A model generated the notes under the pieces. The model was not told the DNA's origin. It ran no database searches and saw nothing but the letters and a program-made list of their open reading frames with translations. From Gemmatimonadota bacterium (lineage in GTDB: Bacteria > Gemmatimonadota > Gemmatimonadetes > Palauibacterales > KS3-K002), in contig JBDHHX010000002.1 of the NCBI GenBank assembly GCA_039589155.1, forward strand, positions 1-40,358: a DNA stretch of 40,358 nucleotides, written 5' to 3'. The number at the start of each line of letters is the position of its first letter. The first letter of the stretch is position 1. The position numbers and the translations under genes were made by a program. Below are positions 17,987-33,054 of this stretch, in pieces.

Positions 17987-18155
17987 GCCCGCCGGCGGTG
18001 CCAGATGGGCCCCCTGGCCCCCGCCCTACAAGTGGTCCCCGAGGTACGCCGATGTCTATCGGCACGACATCGCACTGCAGAGGGAAAGTGCGGCGCAGGC
18101 CACGGCTCTCCGACCGGTAGGTGAGGCCGCTCAACGTGCCTCCACACGCAGTCCT

Positions 18156-18283
18156 TTGACGCGATAGGGCGGGCGCGGCTGGGGCCGCGAGCGGACTTTG
18201 GAGCGCGGCCGCCCGTCCCCGATGCGTGCCCGTCCGGCGCGATATGAAGCGAGGGCCCCAGCCGCGCCCGCCCGTCCCCGAGA
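18156..18283 (+). repeat. Structured repeat E2, copy A: conserved 67-nt core closed by a copy-specific perfect 20-bp stem
   Basis: The stem 18167-18186 gggcgggcgcggctggggcc is the exact reverse complement of 18254-18273. The core 18187-18253 and the flanks (ttgacgc.atag upstream; g.ccccgaga downstream) are shared with 39684-39811. Confidence 0.85.
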
Positions 18284-18506
18284 GAGACAAGTTGATTCCA
18301 GGCCAGTCCGACGAATCGGATAACGAGTCTTAGTTGCAGTTCTGCCTGCCGCGGCGCATATTTCCCGGTTACCCAACCATCTTGGCCAGGAGGAGATCTC
18401 GTGCGTACGCTCTGTTTCCGATCCGTGTCCCGAACCCGGGGCATGCCAGTTTTCCGCGGCGATCTCAATCCGCTTTCTCGTCCAGGACCGCGACCGAGGT
18501 AGAACG

Positions 18507-21134
18507 ATGGCCGGGCCGGAAGCCTCGTCACGTCCCCGGACGAGCCGAAGGAGAACGGGCCTGCTGCGGCGGCAGGCCGCGCTGCTGCGTCTCAGCACGG
18601 CGATCGGGAGTGCCGAGACGGAGGGCACGATCTGCGGGGCCGTGGTGGACGGTCTGTACGACGAGGCGTTGGGCTACGATTTCGTGGCGCTGTTGTTGGT
18701 GGACGAGGCGACGGGCGAGCGTGTGGTAGTGGCGAGCGTGGGTTGGGCGGACGCTCCGGAAGGCCTGCGAGTGCAGCCGGGCCGGGGGTTGAGCGAGCGG
18801 CCGCTGCTGGACGGTCGCCTTCACTACACGGCGGAGGTGACTCAGGATACCCGCTACCTGCCGACGCGGAACGAGGGCTCGGAAGTCGACGTGCCGATTC
18901 AAATCAACAACGAGCTGGTCGGTGTCCTGGTCGTCGAGAGCAACCGCCCGGATGCGTTCGGGCCGGACGACTTCGAGATCCTGAGGGCGGCCGCCAACCA
19001 GGCTGGGATCGCCATCGGTCGGGCGCGGCTGCTGGCGGCGGAGCGCGAGCGGGCCGACGAGCAAGAGGCGTTGTTGGCCACGCTGGCCGACCTATCGGCG
19101 CAGCTCGAGCTGTCCACGCTGCTGCAGGCGGTGTTGGACCGGGCGGTCGCGCTGCTACGTGTGAGCCACGGTGAACTGGCGATCTACGAACCGGAGCGCG
19201 AGGAGTTGGTGATTGTCGCCAGCCACAACGTCGGCAAGCAGGACACCACTGGCACGCGCCTGGCCGTGGGCGAAGGGGCCATGGGACAGGTGGCGCGGAC
19301 CAGGGAACCGCTGCTCATCCCGAACTACCGGGAGTGGTCGGGCCGCTCGGCGCAGTACGAGCAGGTCGAGTTCCATGCCGTGATGGTCGCCCCCCTGATG
19401 ATGGGCGGCCAGCTGGTGGGCGCCATCGCCGTGATGGACAAGCACGCGGACCGCGAGTTCGGTGGCGTCGACTTGCGGCGGCTGACGATGTTCGCGCCCC
19501 AGGCGGCGGTGGCCATCGAGAACGCGAGACTGTTCGACGCCGAGCGCCGTCGTGCGGAAGAGCAGAAGGCGTTGCTCGACACGATGAAGGATCTGTCCGG
19601 CGAGCTGGAGCTCTCGAAGGTCCTCCACGGCGTGCTGGAGCGTGCGGTATCCTTGCTGAGCGTCACCGGCGGCGAGCTGGCCACGTTCGACGAGTTGGCC
19701 CGCGACCTGGTCATCGTCGCCAGCCACAACATGGGGACGAACGCGGTGGGTCAGCGGATGGCGCTCGGCGAAGGCGCCATGGGCCACGTGGCCGAGAGCC
19801 GCGAGGCGCTGATCATCCCGCGCTACCAGGAATGGCTGGGTCGGTCGGCGAAGTACACCCAGGACACGGTCCAGACGGTGATGGTGGCGCCGCTGATGAT
19901 CGGCAGCCGTTTGGTGGGCGCGATCGCCGCGGTGCACTCCGACCCGTCACGGGAGTTCGGGTCGGAGGAATTACGGTTGCTGCAGCTCTTCGCGCCGCAG
20001 GCCGCCATCGCCATCGAGAACGCGCGCCTCTACACGGCGGCCCGCCAGCAGAAGCAGTACTTCGAGGAGCTGGTGCGCAACAGCCCGGTGGCGATCGTCA
20101 CGCTCGACACGGATCACAATGCCGTCTCCTGCAACCCGGCCTTCGAGAAACTCTACGGCTACAAGCAGGAGGAAGTGGTCGGCCGCAACCTTGACGACCT
20201 GATCACGACCGAGGCCACGAGGCTGGAGGCCGTCACCTACACGGAGATGGCGCTCGAGCACCGTACGGTCAACGTGATCAGCCAGCGGCGTCGGAAGGAC
20301 GGGAGCTTCGTCGATGTCGAGGTGCTCGGTGTACCCGTCGTCGTTGACGGGCAACGACTCGGTCTGATGGCGCTCTATCACGACATCACCGAGCTGCTGG
20401 AGGCGCGTCGCGATGCCGAGGCGGCCAACAGCGCAAAGAGCCAGTTCCTCGCCAGCATGAGCCACGAGCTGCGCACTCCGCTCAACGCGATCCTCGGCTA
20501 TAGCGAGATGCTCGTGGAAGACGCGGAAGACAAGGGCCAGCCGAAGTTCGTGCCCGATCTGCAGAAAATCCACTCTGCCGGCAGCCACCTGCTGACGCTG
20601 ATCAACGACGTCCTTGACCTGTCGAAGATCGAGGCCGGCAAGATGGAGCTTACGCCGGAAACGTTCGACGTGAAGGCGACCATCGACGAAGTCGCGACCA
20701 CGGTCCGGCCGCTCGTCGAGCGGAACGCGAACGAACTGGTCGTCCGCCGTGACGGCGAGTTGGGCGACATGTACTCCGACCTGACCCGTACCCGGCAGGT
20801 GCTGCTCAACCTGCTGTCGAACGCCGCAAAGTTCACCGAGAACGGGACCATCACGCTGACGGCGCAACGCACGCAAGGCAACGACGGTGGCGAGGTGGTC
20901 GTGTTCAGCGTCAGCGACACGGGGATCGGCATGACGCCGGAGCAAGCGGCGAAACTGTTCGAGCCCTTTTCTCAGGCGGAAGCGACGACCGCCAACAAGT
21001 ATGGAGGTACCGGGCTCGGCCTGGCGATATCGCGCAGCTTCTGCCGGATGATGGGCGGCGAGGTCAGCCTTGAAAGCGAGGCCGGCGTTGGCTCCACCTT
21101 CACCGTTCGGTTGCCGACGGCAGTACCGAACTAG
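18507..21134 (+). CDS. Soluble sensor histidine kinase: GAF(A)-GAF(B)x2-PAS-HisKA-HATPase_c
   Basis: A GAGGT Shine-Dalgarno sequence lies 6 nt upstream. It has three GAF-like modules, a PAS domain ([20 protein letters not shown]), an H-box ([18 protein letters not shown]), an N-box ([12 protein letters not shown]), G1 (DTGIGM) and G2 ([11 protein letters not shown]). No hydrophobic helices are present. Confidence 0.9.
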   Translation: MAGPEASSRPRTSRRRTGLLRRQAALLRLSTAIGSAETEGTICGAVVDGLYDEALGYDFVALLLVDEATGERVVVASVGWADAPEGLRVQPGRGLSERPLLDGRLHYTAEVTQDTRYLPTRNEGSEVDVPIQINNELVGVLVVESNRPDAFGPDDFEILRAAANQAGIAIGRARLLAAERERADEQEALLATLADLSAQLELSTLLQAVLDRAVALLRVSHGELAIYEPEREELVIVASHNVGKQDTTGTRLAVGEGAMGQVARTREPLLIPNYREWSGRSAQYEQVEFHAVMVAPLMMGGQLVGAIAVMDKHADREFGGVDLRRLTMFAPQAAVAIENARLFDAERRRAEEQKALLDTMKDLSGELELSKVLHGVLERAVSLLSVTGGELATFDELARDLVIVASHNMGTNAVGQRMALGEGAMGHVAESREALIIPRYQEWLGRSAKYTQDTVQTVMVAPLMIGSRLVGAIAAVHSDPSREFGSEELRLLQLFAPQAAIAIENARLYTAARQQKQYFEELVRNSPVAIVTLDTDHNAVSCNPAFEKLYGYKQEEVVGRNLDDLITTEATRLEAVTYTEMALEHRTVNVISQRRRKDGSFVDVEVLGVPVVVDGQRLGLMALYHDITELLEARRDAEAANSAKSQFLASMSHELRTPLNAILGYSEMLVEDAEDKGQPKFVPDLQKIHSAGSHLLTLINDVLDLSKIEAGKMELTPETFDVKATIDEVATTVRPLVERNANELVVRRDGELGDMYSDLTRTRQVLLNLLSNAAKFTENGTITLTAQRTQGNDGGEVVVFSVSDTGIGMTPEQAAKLFEPFSQAEATTANKYGGTGLGLAISRSFCRMMGGEVSLESEAGVGSTFTVRLPTAVPN

Positions 21135-27094
<5,960 letters not shown>

Positions 27095-27121
27095 AACCTG
27101 ATAGTCGGGAGTCGAGAAACG

Positions 27122-27487
27122 ATGTCAAAGATTCTCCTGGTCGAGGACAATGAGATGAACCGCGACATGCTGTCGCGACGACTCGAGCGGAAGGGCTACG
27201 AGGTCACCATGGCGATCGATGGTCGCGAAGGGGTCGAGATGGCCCAGGCCGGTGGCTACGATCTCATCCTGATGGACATGAGCCTACCGGAGATCGATGG
27301 CTGGGAGGCGACTCGCCAGCTACGCGCCGTAGCCGAGACCGAGAGCGTACCGATCATAGCACTCACCGCGCACGCGATGGCCGGCGACCGTGAGAAGGCG
27401 CTGGAGGCGGGCTGCGACGACTACGACACCAAGCCGATCGAACTGGAGCGGTTGCTCTCCAAGATGGAGGCTCTGCTGAACAAGTGA
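27122..27487 (+). CDS. Single-domain response regulator (CheY-like receiver)
   Basis: The protein is 121 aa. It has KILLVEDNEMN, a phospho-acceptor context (LILMDMSLPEIDG), LTAHA and a conserved Lys (DYDTKP). Confidence 0.9.
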   Translation: MSKILLVEDNEMNRDMLSRRLERKGYEVTMAIDGREGVEMAQAGGYDLILMDMSLPEIDGWEATRQLRAVAETESVPIIALTAHAMAGDREKALEAGCDDYDTKPIELERLLSKMEALLNK

Positions 27488-29427
27488 CAGCCAACGACTC
27501 GAAGTTGACGCCGGAAGAAATCGCAGGGCTGCGGCACGATCTGCGCACGCCGATCAATCACATCGTCGGTTACGCGCAGATGTTGCTTGAAGACATACCG
27601 GACACGGATCAGGCCGGGCATCGCGACGCACTCGAGCAGACGCTGGTGGTGGCGAAGGGCGCGCTCGATCTCATCAACAGCACACTCGCTGGGAGCGCCA
27701 ACGGGATCGCGACGGGTGAGCTCATCTCGTTGTACGATGCACTCCGCGAGCCGCAGAAGAGAATCGTCGACAGCGTCGCCCCGCTGCTGGCCAGCACCGC
27801 GGCCAGCGAGGAGGAGCTGGTCGGCGACCTGCGCCGCATCCTCACAGCGGCGGAGAAGCTGGTTCCGGAAGAAGGCGCGGAAGCTGGAGAGGCGGGTCCC
27901 GACGCTGACACGCATGCGGGCACGGGTCTGGCCGATGAGACCGAAGGCTCGGAGACGGGGCCGGCCCGGGTCCTGGTGGTCGACGATGTTGAAGCGAACC
28001 GCGATCTGCTGCGCAGACGCCTGGAGCGCGAGGGCCACGCCGTCGAGTGCGCCGAGAACGGTGGGCGGGCGCTGGAGACGATCAGGAAGCGCCCGTTCGA
28101 CCTTGTGCTGCTTGACGTGATGATGCCGGAGATCGACGGCTACGAGGTGTTGGGCCAGCTGAAAGACGACCCGGCTACCCGTGACATACCGGTGATCATG
28201 ATATCGGCGCTGGACGACATGGAGAGCGTCGTTCGCTGCATCGAGGCCGGGGCCGAAGACTACCTGCCCAAACCGTTCGACCCGGTCCTGCTGCGCGCCC
28301 GGATAAACGCCTCGCTCGAAAAGAAGCGGCTGCGTGACCATGAAGTAGAGTACCTGCGCCAGGTCGATCGGGTGATCGAAGCGGCTAGCGCCGTGGAGGC
28401 GGGTAACTACGAAGCGGGAGCGCTGGCCGACGTCGGCGCCCGCGACGACCAGCTGGGCAAGCTGGCCCGCGTGTTCGACGGTATGGTGGCCGAGGTACGG
28501 GCGCGGGAGCGACGGCTCACGGACCAGGTGCGCGACCTCAAGGCCGAGATCGATGCGGCCCGCCGCGCGACACGTCCCTCGGACGAGCCCGGTCTCGACT
28601 TCGCCAGTCTGTCGATCGGCGAGCGGTTCGCCGACCGCTACGAGATCGAGGGCGCCATCGGCGGCGGCGGCATGGGGATGGTCTACCGGGCGCGGGACCT
28701 GGAGCTGGACGAAGAGATCGCCATCAAGACGTTGCGGCCGGAGCTTGTCAGCGACGCCGCGCTGGTCGAACGTTTCAAGACGGAGATCAGGCTGGCTCGC
28801 AAGATCTCGCATCGAAACGTCGTCCGTACCCACGACTTCGGCGAATGCTCGGGCGTCTATTACCTGACCATGGAATTCGTGGAGGGGATCACGCTGCGCG
28901 AGCTGATCGATAGCCGCGGGCAGATCGGAGTCTCGTCCACGCTGGCAATCGGCAGCCAGCTGGCCGAATCGATGGAGGTCGCCCACGAGCAGGGTGTGGT
29001 CCATCGCGACATCAAGCCGCAGAACCTGCTGCTCGATGCCGACGGCGTGCTTAAGGTGATGGACTTCGGCGTCGCGCGACTGGCCGAGCGCACCAGCTCG
29101 TTGACCGAGGCGGGACTGATTGTGGGAACGCCGGCCTACATGTCGCCGGAGCAGCTACTCGCCGAAGCAACCGAAGCGAGCAGCGACCTCTACGCCGCTG
29201 GCGTCGTCCTCTACGAATGCCTGACGGGGAGGCTCCCCTTCGAGGCCGAGTCGACGGTCTCGCTCATCGGCAAAGTGCTCAACCTGCAGCCCTCTCCGCC
29301 GGCCGAGATCAACGCCGACATCGCGCCCGCGCTGTCGACGCTCATTCTCGAACTGCTCGCCAAGAGGCCGGAGGAGCGTTTGGGCAGTGCGAAGGAGTTA
29401 CGCGAACGGCTGTCGCAGATCGGTTAG
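27484..29427 (+). CDS. Fusion protein: HisKA-like H-box domain (no ATPase domain) - REC - helical linker - Ser/Thr protein kinase
   Basis: A GTGA overlap couples it to the CheY gene. The N-terminal H-box (LRHDLRTPINHIVGYAQML) has no N/G1/G2 boxes after it. The receiver shows VLVVDDVEAN..VLLDVMMPEIDG..LPKP. A helical linker follows (LGKLARVFDGMVAEVRARERRL). The Hanks kinase motifs are present: GGGGMGMVY, IAIKTL, HRDIKPQN, DFGVAR and GTPAYMSPEQ. Confidence 0.9.
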   Translation: MTANDSKLTPEEIAGLRHDLRTPINHIVGYAQMLLEDIPDTDQAGHRDALEQTLVVAKGALDLINSTLAGSANGIATGELISLYDALREPQKRIVDSVAPLLASTAASEEELVGDLRRILTAAEKLVPEEGAEAGEAGPDADTHAGTGLADETEGSETGPARVLVVDDVEANRDLLRRRLEREGHAVECAENGGRALETIRKRPFDLVLLDVMMPEIDGYEVLGQLKDDPATRDIPVIMISALDDMESVVRCIEAGAEDYLPKPFDPVLLRARINASLEKKRLRDHEVEYLRQVDRVIEAASAVEAGNYEAGALADVGARDDQLGKLARVFDGMVAEVRARERRLTDQVRDLKAEIDAARRATRPSDEPGLDFASLSIGERFADRYEIEGAIGGGGMGMVYRARDLELDEEIAIKTLRPELVSDAALVERFKTEIRLARKISHRNVVRTHDFGECSGVYYLTMEFVEGITLRELIDSRGQIGVSSTLAIGSQLAESMEVAHEQGVVHRDIKPQNLLLDADGVLKVMDFGVARLAERTSSLTEAGLIVGTPAYMSPEQLLAEATEASSDLYAAGVVLYECLTGRLPFEAESTVSLIGKVLNLQPSPPAEINADIAPALSTLILELLAKRPEERLGSAKELRERLSQIG

Positions 29428-30644
29428 AGGCGGTCCGGCTTGATGAGCGAGTAAAGTCGAATTCGCTCGATGCCCATATCATCGCGATGCCGGCCGAGCA
29501 GGAAATCGCGGCCGATCTGGAAAGGCAGGACTCCCTCGGGCGTTTCCACGGCACCCAGCCACCGCCCATCAGGGTCGAAGATCTCCCACCTGGAAGTCTC
29601 CCACGGAAGCCGATAGCGCTCCACCCAGAGATAGCCTTCGTCATCTACCAGTAGACCTTGGAAGACCGGTAGGTACTCGGGGACCGGAAGATCCAGCTCG
29701 AGGAACGGCGTGTAGGCTTGCCGCGTGCGCTCGGACATCGTCTCGAGAGATTCCGCTTTGTAACGATCGTAGACTTCGTCGCTGCGACGACGCTCACGGT
29801 CCGACCAGCGGATGATCGAGTTGAGGGTGCCGTCCAATCGTCTGCGCTCGACTTCCGCTGCCGCACCGCCACCGGCAAATAGCCAGAAGGCGTCCGCCGT
29901 AACCGACGCTTCGACATGGAGCGGAACGAACGGATAGTGCGTGTTCTCTCCCGCGGTGTGCCTGTATCGCGGTCGGCCCGGGAAACTCACGAGCTGGTCG
30001 CCCGGTGTCCCGTCAGCGTTGTAGCGGAAGTATCGAAGCGTGTCGGGTTCCAGCGGACCGGTGGGGCCGCGGCTAAACAAGATACTTCCCGTGACAGCGA
30101 GCGATGAGCCGTCTCCAAATCCTCCTATCAATCCGGGCACGCTCCAACCGGGAAGCGGCTCGATTCGGTACGAGTTGATGAACTCGCCACTGGGGCGGAA
30201 GAGATTCACGCGTGCGTTGCCGTCATCGGTCACGACGAGCCCGGCGCGCGAAGCCCAGATTCGCATCGACGAAAACTCGCCGAACTCGCCCGGGCCCTGC
30301 CCCTGACGTCCGACGCTGTACAGGAAGCCGCCCTGGGGATCGAAGAAGCGAATCTCTCCGCTTCCCGCGTTGCTGACGATGATCCGCCCATCGTTCAGGC
30401 GAAGCGCATCGAAGACCCGGAAGAAGATATATGGATCTTCACCTTCTTCGGCGCCGATCTCTACAGTCGGTTCGGCGGCGACGCGCCAGGCGACCTCCGG
30501 CCCCCACGCCGGCTGCAGGTTCTCGACGACCCGCACATCGGCGCTGTCCCGAACCAGCCACGCCGGACTTTCCTCGGGCCCCGCACAGCCAAGGACGAGC
30601 GGCAGCAGCGCCAGGGGCATCCAACCTGCGAATCTCGTAGCCAC
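29424..30644 (-). CDS. Lipoprotein, 6-bladed beta-propeller-like (function unknown)
   Basis: The GTG start directly follows the mutY TAA. It has a signal peptide with a lipobox (LLPLVLGC). Repeated short beta-strand/Gly motifs are present (DGRIIVSNAGSGEIRFFDPQGGF, LVVTDDGNARVNLFRPSGEF, LLVDDEGYLWVERY, EIFDPDGRWLG). Confidence 0.65.
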   Translation of the reverse strand: MATRFAGWMPLALLPLVLGCAGPEESPAWLVRDSADVRVVENLQPAWGPEVAWRVAAEPTVEIGAEEGEDPYIFFRVFDALRLNDGRIIVSNAGSGEIRFFDPQGGFLYSVGRQGQGPGEFGEFSSMRIWASRAGLVVTDDGNARVNLFRPSGEFINSYRIEPLPGWSVPGLIGGFGDGSSLAVTGSILFSRGPTGPLEPDTLRYFRYNADGTPGDQLVSFPGRPRYRHTAGENTHYPFVPLHVEASVTADAFWLFAGGGAAAEVERRRLDGTLNSIIRWSDRERRRSDEVYDRYKAESLETMSERTRQAYTPFLELDLPVPEYLPVFQGLLVDDEGYLWVERYRLPWETSRWEIFDPDGRWLGAVETPEGVLPFQIGRDFLLGRHRDDMGIERIRLYSLIKPDRL

Positions 30645-31712
30645 TTATTCTCCTGATCGCCGAATCGATTCCAGCACCCGCCTGTTCGCGGCGGGAAAGG
30701 CGTAGCTCTCCAGTTGGTCCGCCCTCACCCATGCGTATTCCTGGCAGCCGAGCGGTTTCGGCGTGCCGGTTCGGTAGCGGCAGCGGAAGGCGTGCAGCGT
30801 GATCTCGAAGTGGCTGTAGGCGTGATCGATCGCCGCGATCTTGTCGCCGGTCTCCACCTCGATGTCCAGCTCTTCCGCTACCTCACGGACCACCGCCGCT
30901 TCCGGCGCCTCGCCCGGCTCGACCTTGCCGCCGGGAAACTCCCACAGGCCGCCCAGCAATCCATCGGGCATCCGCCTGGCGATCAAGATCTCATCGTCGC
31001 GCCAGACGACACCGACGGCGATGTCATAGTGCGGCCGCCGCTTCGCCGGCCGGCGGCCGGGTCGCTCGGCAACCGTACCGCGGGCGCGCGCCTTGCACAG
31101 GCTCGCCAGCGGGCAATCACTGCAGCGCGGCGAACGCGGCGTGCAGACCCCGGCGCCGAGATCCATAAGCGCCTGATTCACATCGCCAGGTCGTTCCGCG
31201 ACCAGCGGTCCGCCGTGCTCGAGCAGCGGAGCCGGTGTCGGGTCCGGCAGATCGTGAAGCCGGCTCAGCACGCGGCGAATGTTGCCGTCCAACGCCAGCG
31301 CCGACTGGCCGAACGCGATACTGCCGATGGCCGCCGCTATGTACGGTCCCACGCCGGGTAGCGCACGCAGTGCCTCGGCATCGGCTGGCAGCCGACCTCC
31401 GTGCTTCTCGACCACGATGGCCGCCGCTTTATGGAGGTTGCGGGCGCGCGCGTAGTAGCCGAGCCCCTCCCATGACTTCAACACCTGGTCCAGGCTGGCC
31501 GTGGCAAGCGATCGTACGTCTGGGAATCGTTCCAGGAATCTTATGTAGTAGGGGATGGCGGTGTCGACCTGGGTTTGGACCAGCATGACCTCGGCCACCC
31601 AGATGCAGTAAGGGTCAGCGGTGTGCCGCCACGGCAAGTCGCGCCGCTCGGCATCGTACCATCCGAGCAGCCGGTCGCGAACCTCATTGGCTCGCGCCCC
31701 CTCCAAAGTCAC
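30645..31712 (-). CDS. mutY: A/G-specific adenine DNA glycosylase MutY
   Basis: It has RDLPWR..DPY.IWV.EVMLVQTQV, an HhH-GPD motif (LPGVGPYIAAAI), 4Fe-4S cysteines (CTPRSPRCSDCPLASLC) and a C-terminal NUDIX-like domain (WEFPGGKVE). I chose the GTG start at 31712. The ORF extension to 31865 only translates the intergenic palindrome and the dapF 3' end. Confidence 0.85.
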   Translation of the reverse strand: MTLEGARANEVRDRLLGWYDAERRDLPWRHTADPYCIWVAEVMLVQTQVDTAIPYYIRFLERFPDVRSLATASLDQVLKSWEGLGYYARARNLHKAAAIVVEKHGGRLPADAEALRALPGVGPYIAAAIGSIAFGQSALALDGNIRRVLSRLHDLPDPTPAPLLEHGGPLVAERPGDVNQALMDLGAGVCTPRSPRCSDCPLASLCKARARGTVAERPGRRPAKRRPHYDIAVGVVWRDDEILIARRMPDGLLGGLWEFPGGKVEPGEAPEAAVVREVAEELDIEVETGDKIAAIDHAYSHFEITLHAFRCRYRTGTPKPLGCQEYAWVRADQLESYAFPAANRRVLESIRRSGE

Positions 31713-31785
31713 CTCTTCATCCTCATTTTCATCGTCATCGCATCGCTTTGCCGATGACGATGAGGATGACGATGAGAATGAGGAG
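31713..31785. repeat. Imperfect palindrome built from CATCGT/CATCCT words (intercistronic, dapF to mutY)
   Basis: tcatcgtcatcg (31729-31740) pairs with cgatgacgatga (31752-31763). cctcatt (31721-31727) pairs with aatgagg (31777-31783). Alternative registers are possible. Confidence 0.8.
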
Positions 31786-31788
31786 CGT

Positions 31789-32622
31789 TCACGGGAGCGG
31801 GACGTGGCCCGTGAATATCGGTCGGGCAGGGCCTTCGAGTTCCAACAGGGTGAAGCCGCCGTCATCCCGTCGCTCGAATCGAATCGTCAGAACGTCGCCG
31901 CTGCGGGTCTCTACCGCTACGGGCGACGTGACATGTCCGGCGGCGCAAAGCGCCACCGCCGACGACATCGACCCGCTGCCACAGGCCAGCGTCTCGGCCT
32001 CAACGCCCCGCTCGTAGGAGCGAATACGAATGGCGTGGTCGTCGACGACCTCGACCAGGTGCACGTTGGCGCCGGCAGGATCCAGCTCCGGCGCATGGCG
32101 CAGCGGACGGCACTCGGACTCGATCGGTCCCTCGGGTAGGCGCTCTAGTTGGATGACGAAGTGGGAGTTGCCGATCTCCACCCGGTGGCCGCTGCGCGGA
32201 CCCTGCGGCCCGGTCACGGCCGCGTCCAGCTCCACGGTCGGTTCAGCGCTGTAGCGCAACGTGACCGTCGCGCCTGAAACTCGGGCGGCGATATGACCGC
32301 CCAAGGTGTCGATCACCATCTCATCCGACGTGAGCTTCTCGAGGGCGGCGAAGCGGGCGGCGCAGCGGGTGCCGTTCCCGCATGTCGACACCTCCTCGCC
32401 GTCGGGATTCCAAAAGCGTACGCGGACGTCCGCTCCGCAGGCGCTCACCGGTTCGACCAGGATCAGCCCATCGGCGCCCACCGACGTCCGCCGCGCACAG
32501 ACCGCGGCAGCCAGTGCGCTCAGGTCGGGCACAACTTCCAGCGCCGCGCCGTTCAACAAGATGAAGTCGTTGCCAGCACCCTCCATCTTGGAGAAGCGAA
32601 GCACGGGTACGCTCTCAGCCAC
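31789..32622 (-). CDS. dapF: Diaminopimelate epimerase
   Basis: It has FSKMEGAGNDFILL, a first catalytic Cys motif (NPDGEEVSTCGNGTRCAARF) and a second Cys motif (TLACGSGS). The GTG start shares 1 nt with the upstream TAG. Confidence 0.9.
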   Translation of the reverse strand: MAESVPVLRFSKMEGAGNDFILLNGAALEVVPDLSALAAAVCARRTSVGADGLILVEPVSACGADVRVRFWNPDGEEVSTCGNGTRCAARFAALEKLTSDEMVIDTLGGHIAARVSGATVTLRYSAEPTVELDAAVTGPQGPRSGHRVEIGNSHFVIQLERLPEGPIESECRPLRHAPELDPAGANVHLVEVVDDHAIRIRSYERGVEAETLACGSGSMSSAVALCAAGHVTSPVAVETRSGDVLTIRFERRDDGGFTLLELEGPARPIFTGHVPLP

Positions 32623-32963
32623 TAGGCTCCGATCTCCTCCTCGTCCTTGATCTCCGCTTCCACGACCTCGGCCGGCGCCTCCAGCGCGGTCTCGACTCCG
32701 GCGGCGATCTCCTTGGCGGTCTCCTCAGCGACTCCCTTCGCTTCGCGCCGGGCGGTGGCTCGCCGGACTGCCTCGAGCCAGATGGCCGTGCCGCCGCCCA
32801 CCAGCAGGCCGGCCAGCAGCGGTATCAGGACCAACAGCGAGACGCTGGCCTCGAAGTGCCAGACGAGGAGGGCGACCGGCACGGTGTGAAGGTTCTGCAG
32901 CGCGAAGAAAATCATCGCTGCGGTCAGAAAGACCAGGGCAAATGACTGAATCCTGTTCTTCAT
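32622..32963 (-). CDS. LapA-domain (DUF1049) inner-membrane protein
   Basis: It has two TM helices with the LapA-domain pattern (FALVFLTAAMIFFALQN...VSLLVLIPLLAGLLVGG). ATG 32963 is preceded by a GGTGGGGGA Shine-Dalgarno sequence. A GTG at 32975 is an alternative start. Confidence 0.7.
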   Translation of the reverse strand: MKNRIQSFALVFLTAAMIFFALQNLHTVPVALLVWHFEASVSLLVLIPLLAGLLVGGGTAIWLEAVRRATARREAKGVAEETAKEIAAGVETALEAPAEVVEAEIKDEEEIGA

Positions 32964-33054
32964 CGAGTCCCCCACCGTGTGCGGTCGATTTGGCTGTCGA
33001 GGCTCCGATAAGCTAACTTGGGCGGACGCTCGGCAACAATACTGCGATTAGCCT

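Noticed and set aside
18078-18150. The agagggaaagtgcggcgcagg segment, reminiscent of RNase P RNA GGAAAGTGC/GAGGAAAG motifs.
   Set aside because: The other universally conserved RNase P blocks (GAGGAAAGUCCGGGC, ACAGAA.. and the P4 partners) are absent, and the surrounding sequence does not fit the fold.
18156-18166. The conserved ttgacgc.atag sequence in front of both E2 stems, considered as a sigma-70 promoter (TTGACG -35 box).
   Set aside because: No plausible -10 hexamer lies at 16-18 nt spacing in either copy. The downstream sequence is the GC-rich variable stem.
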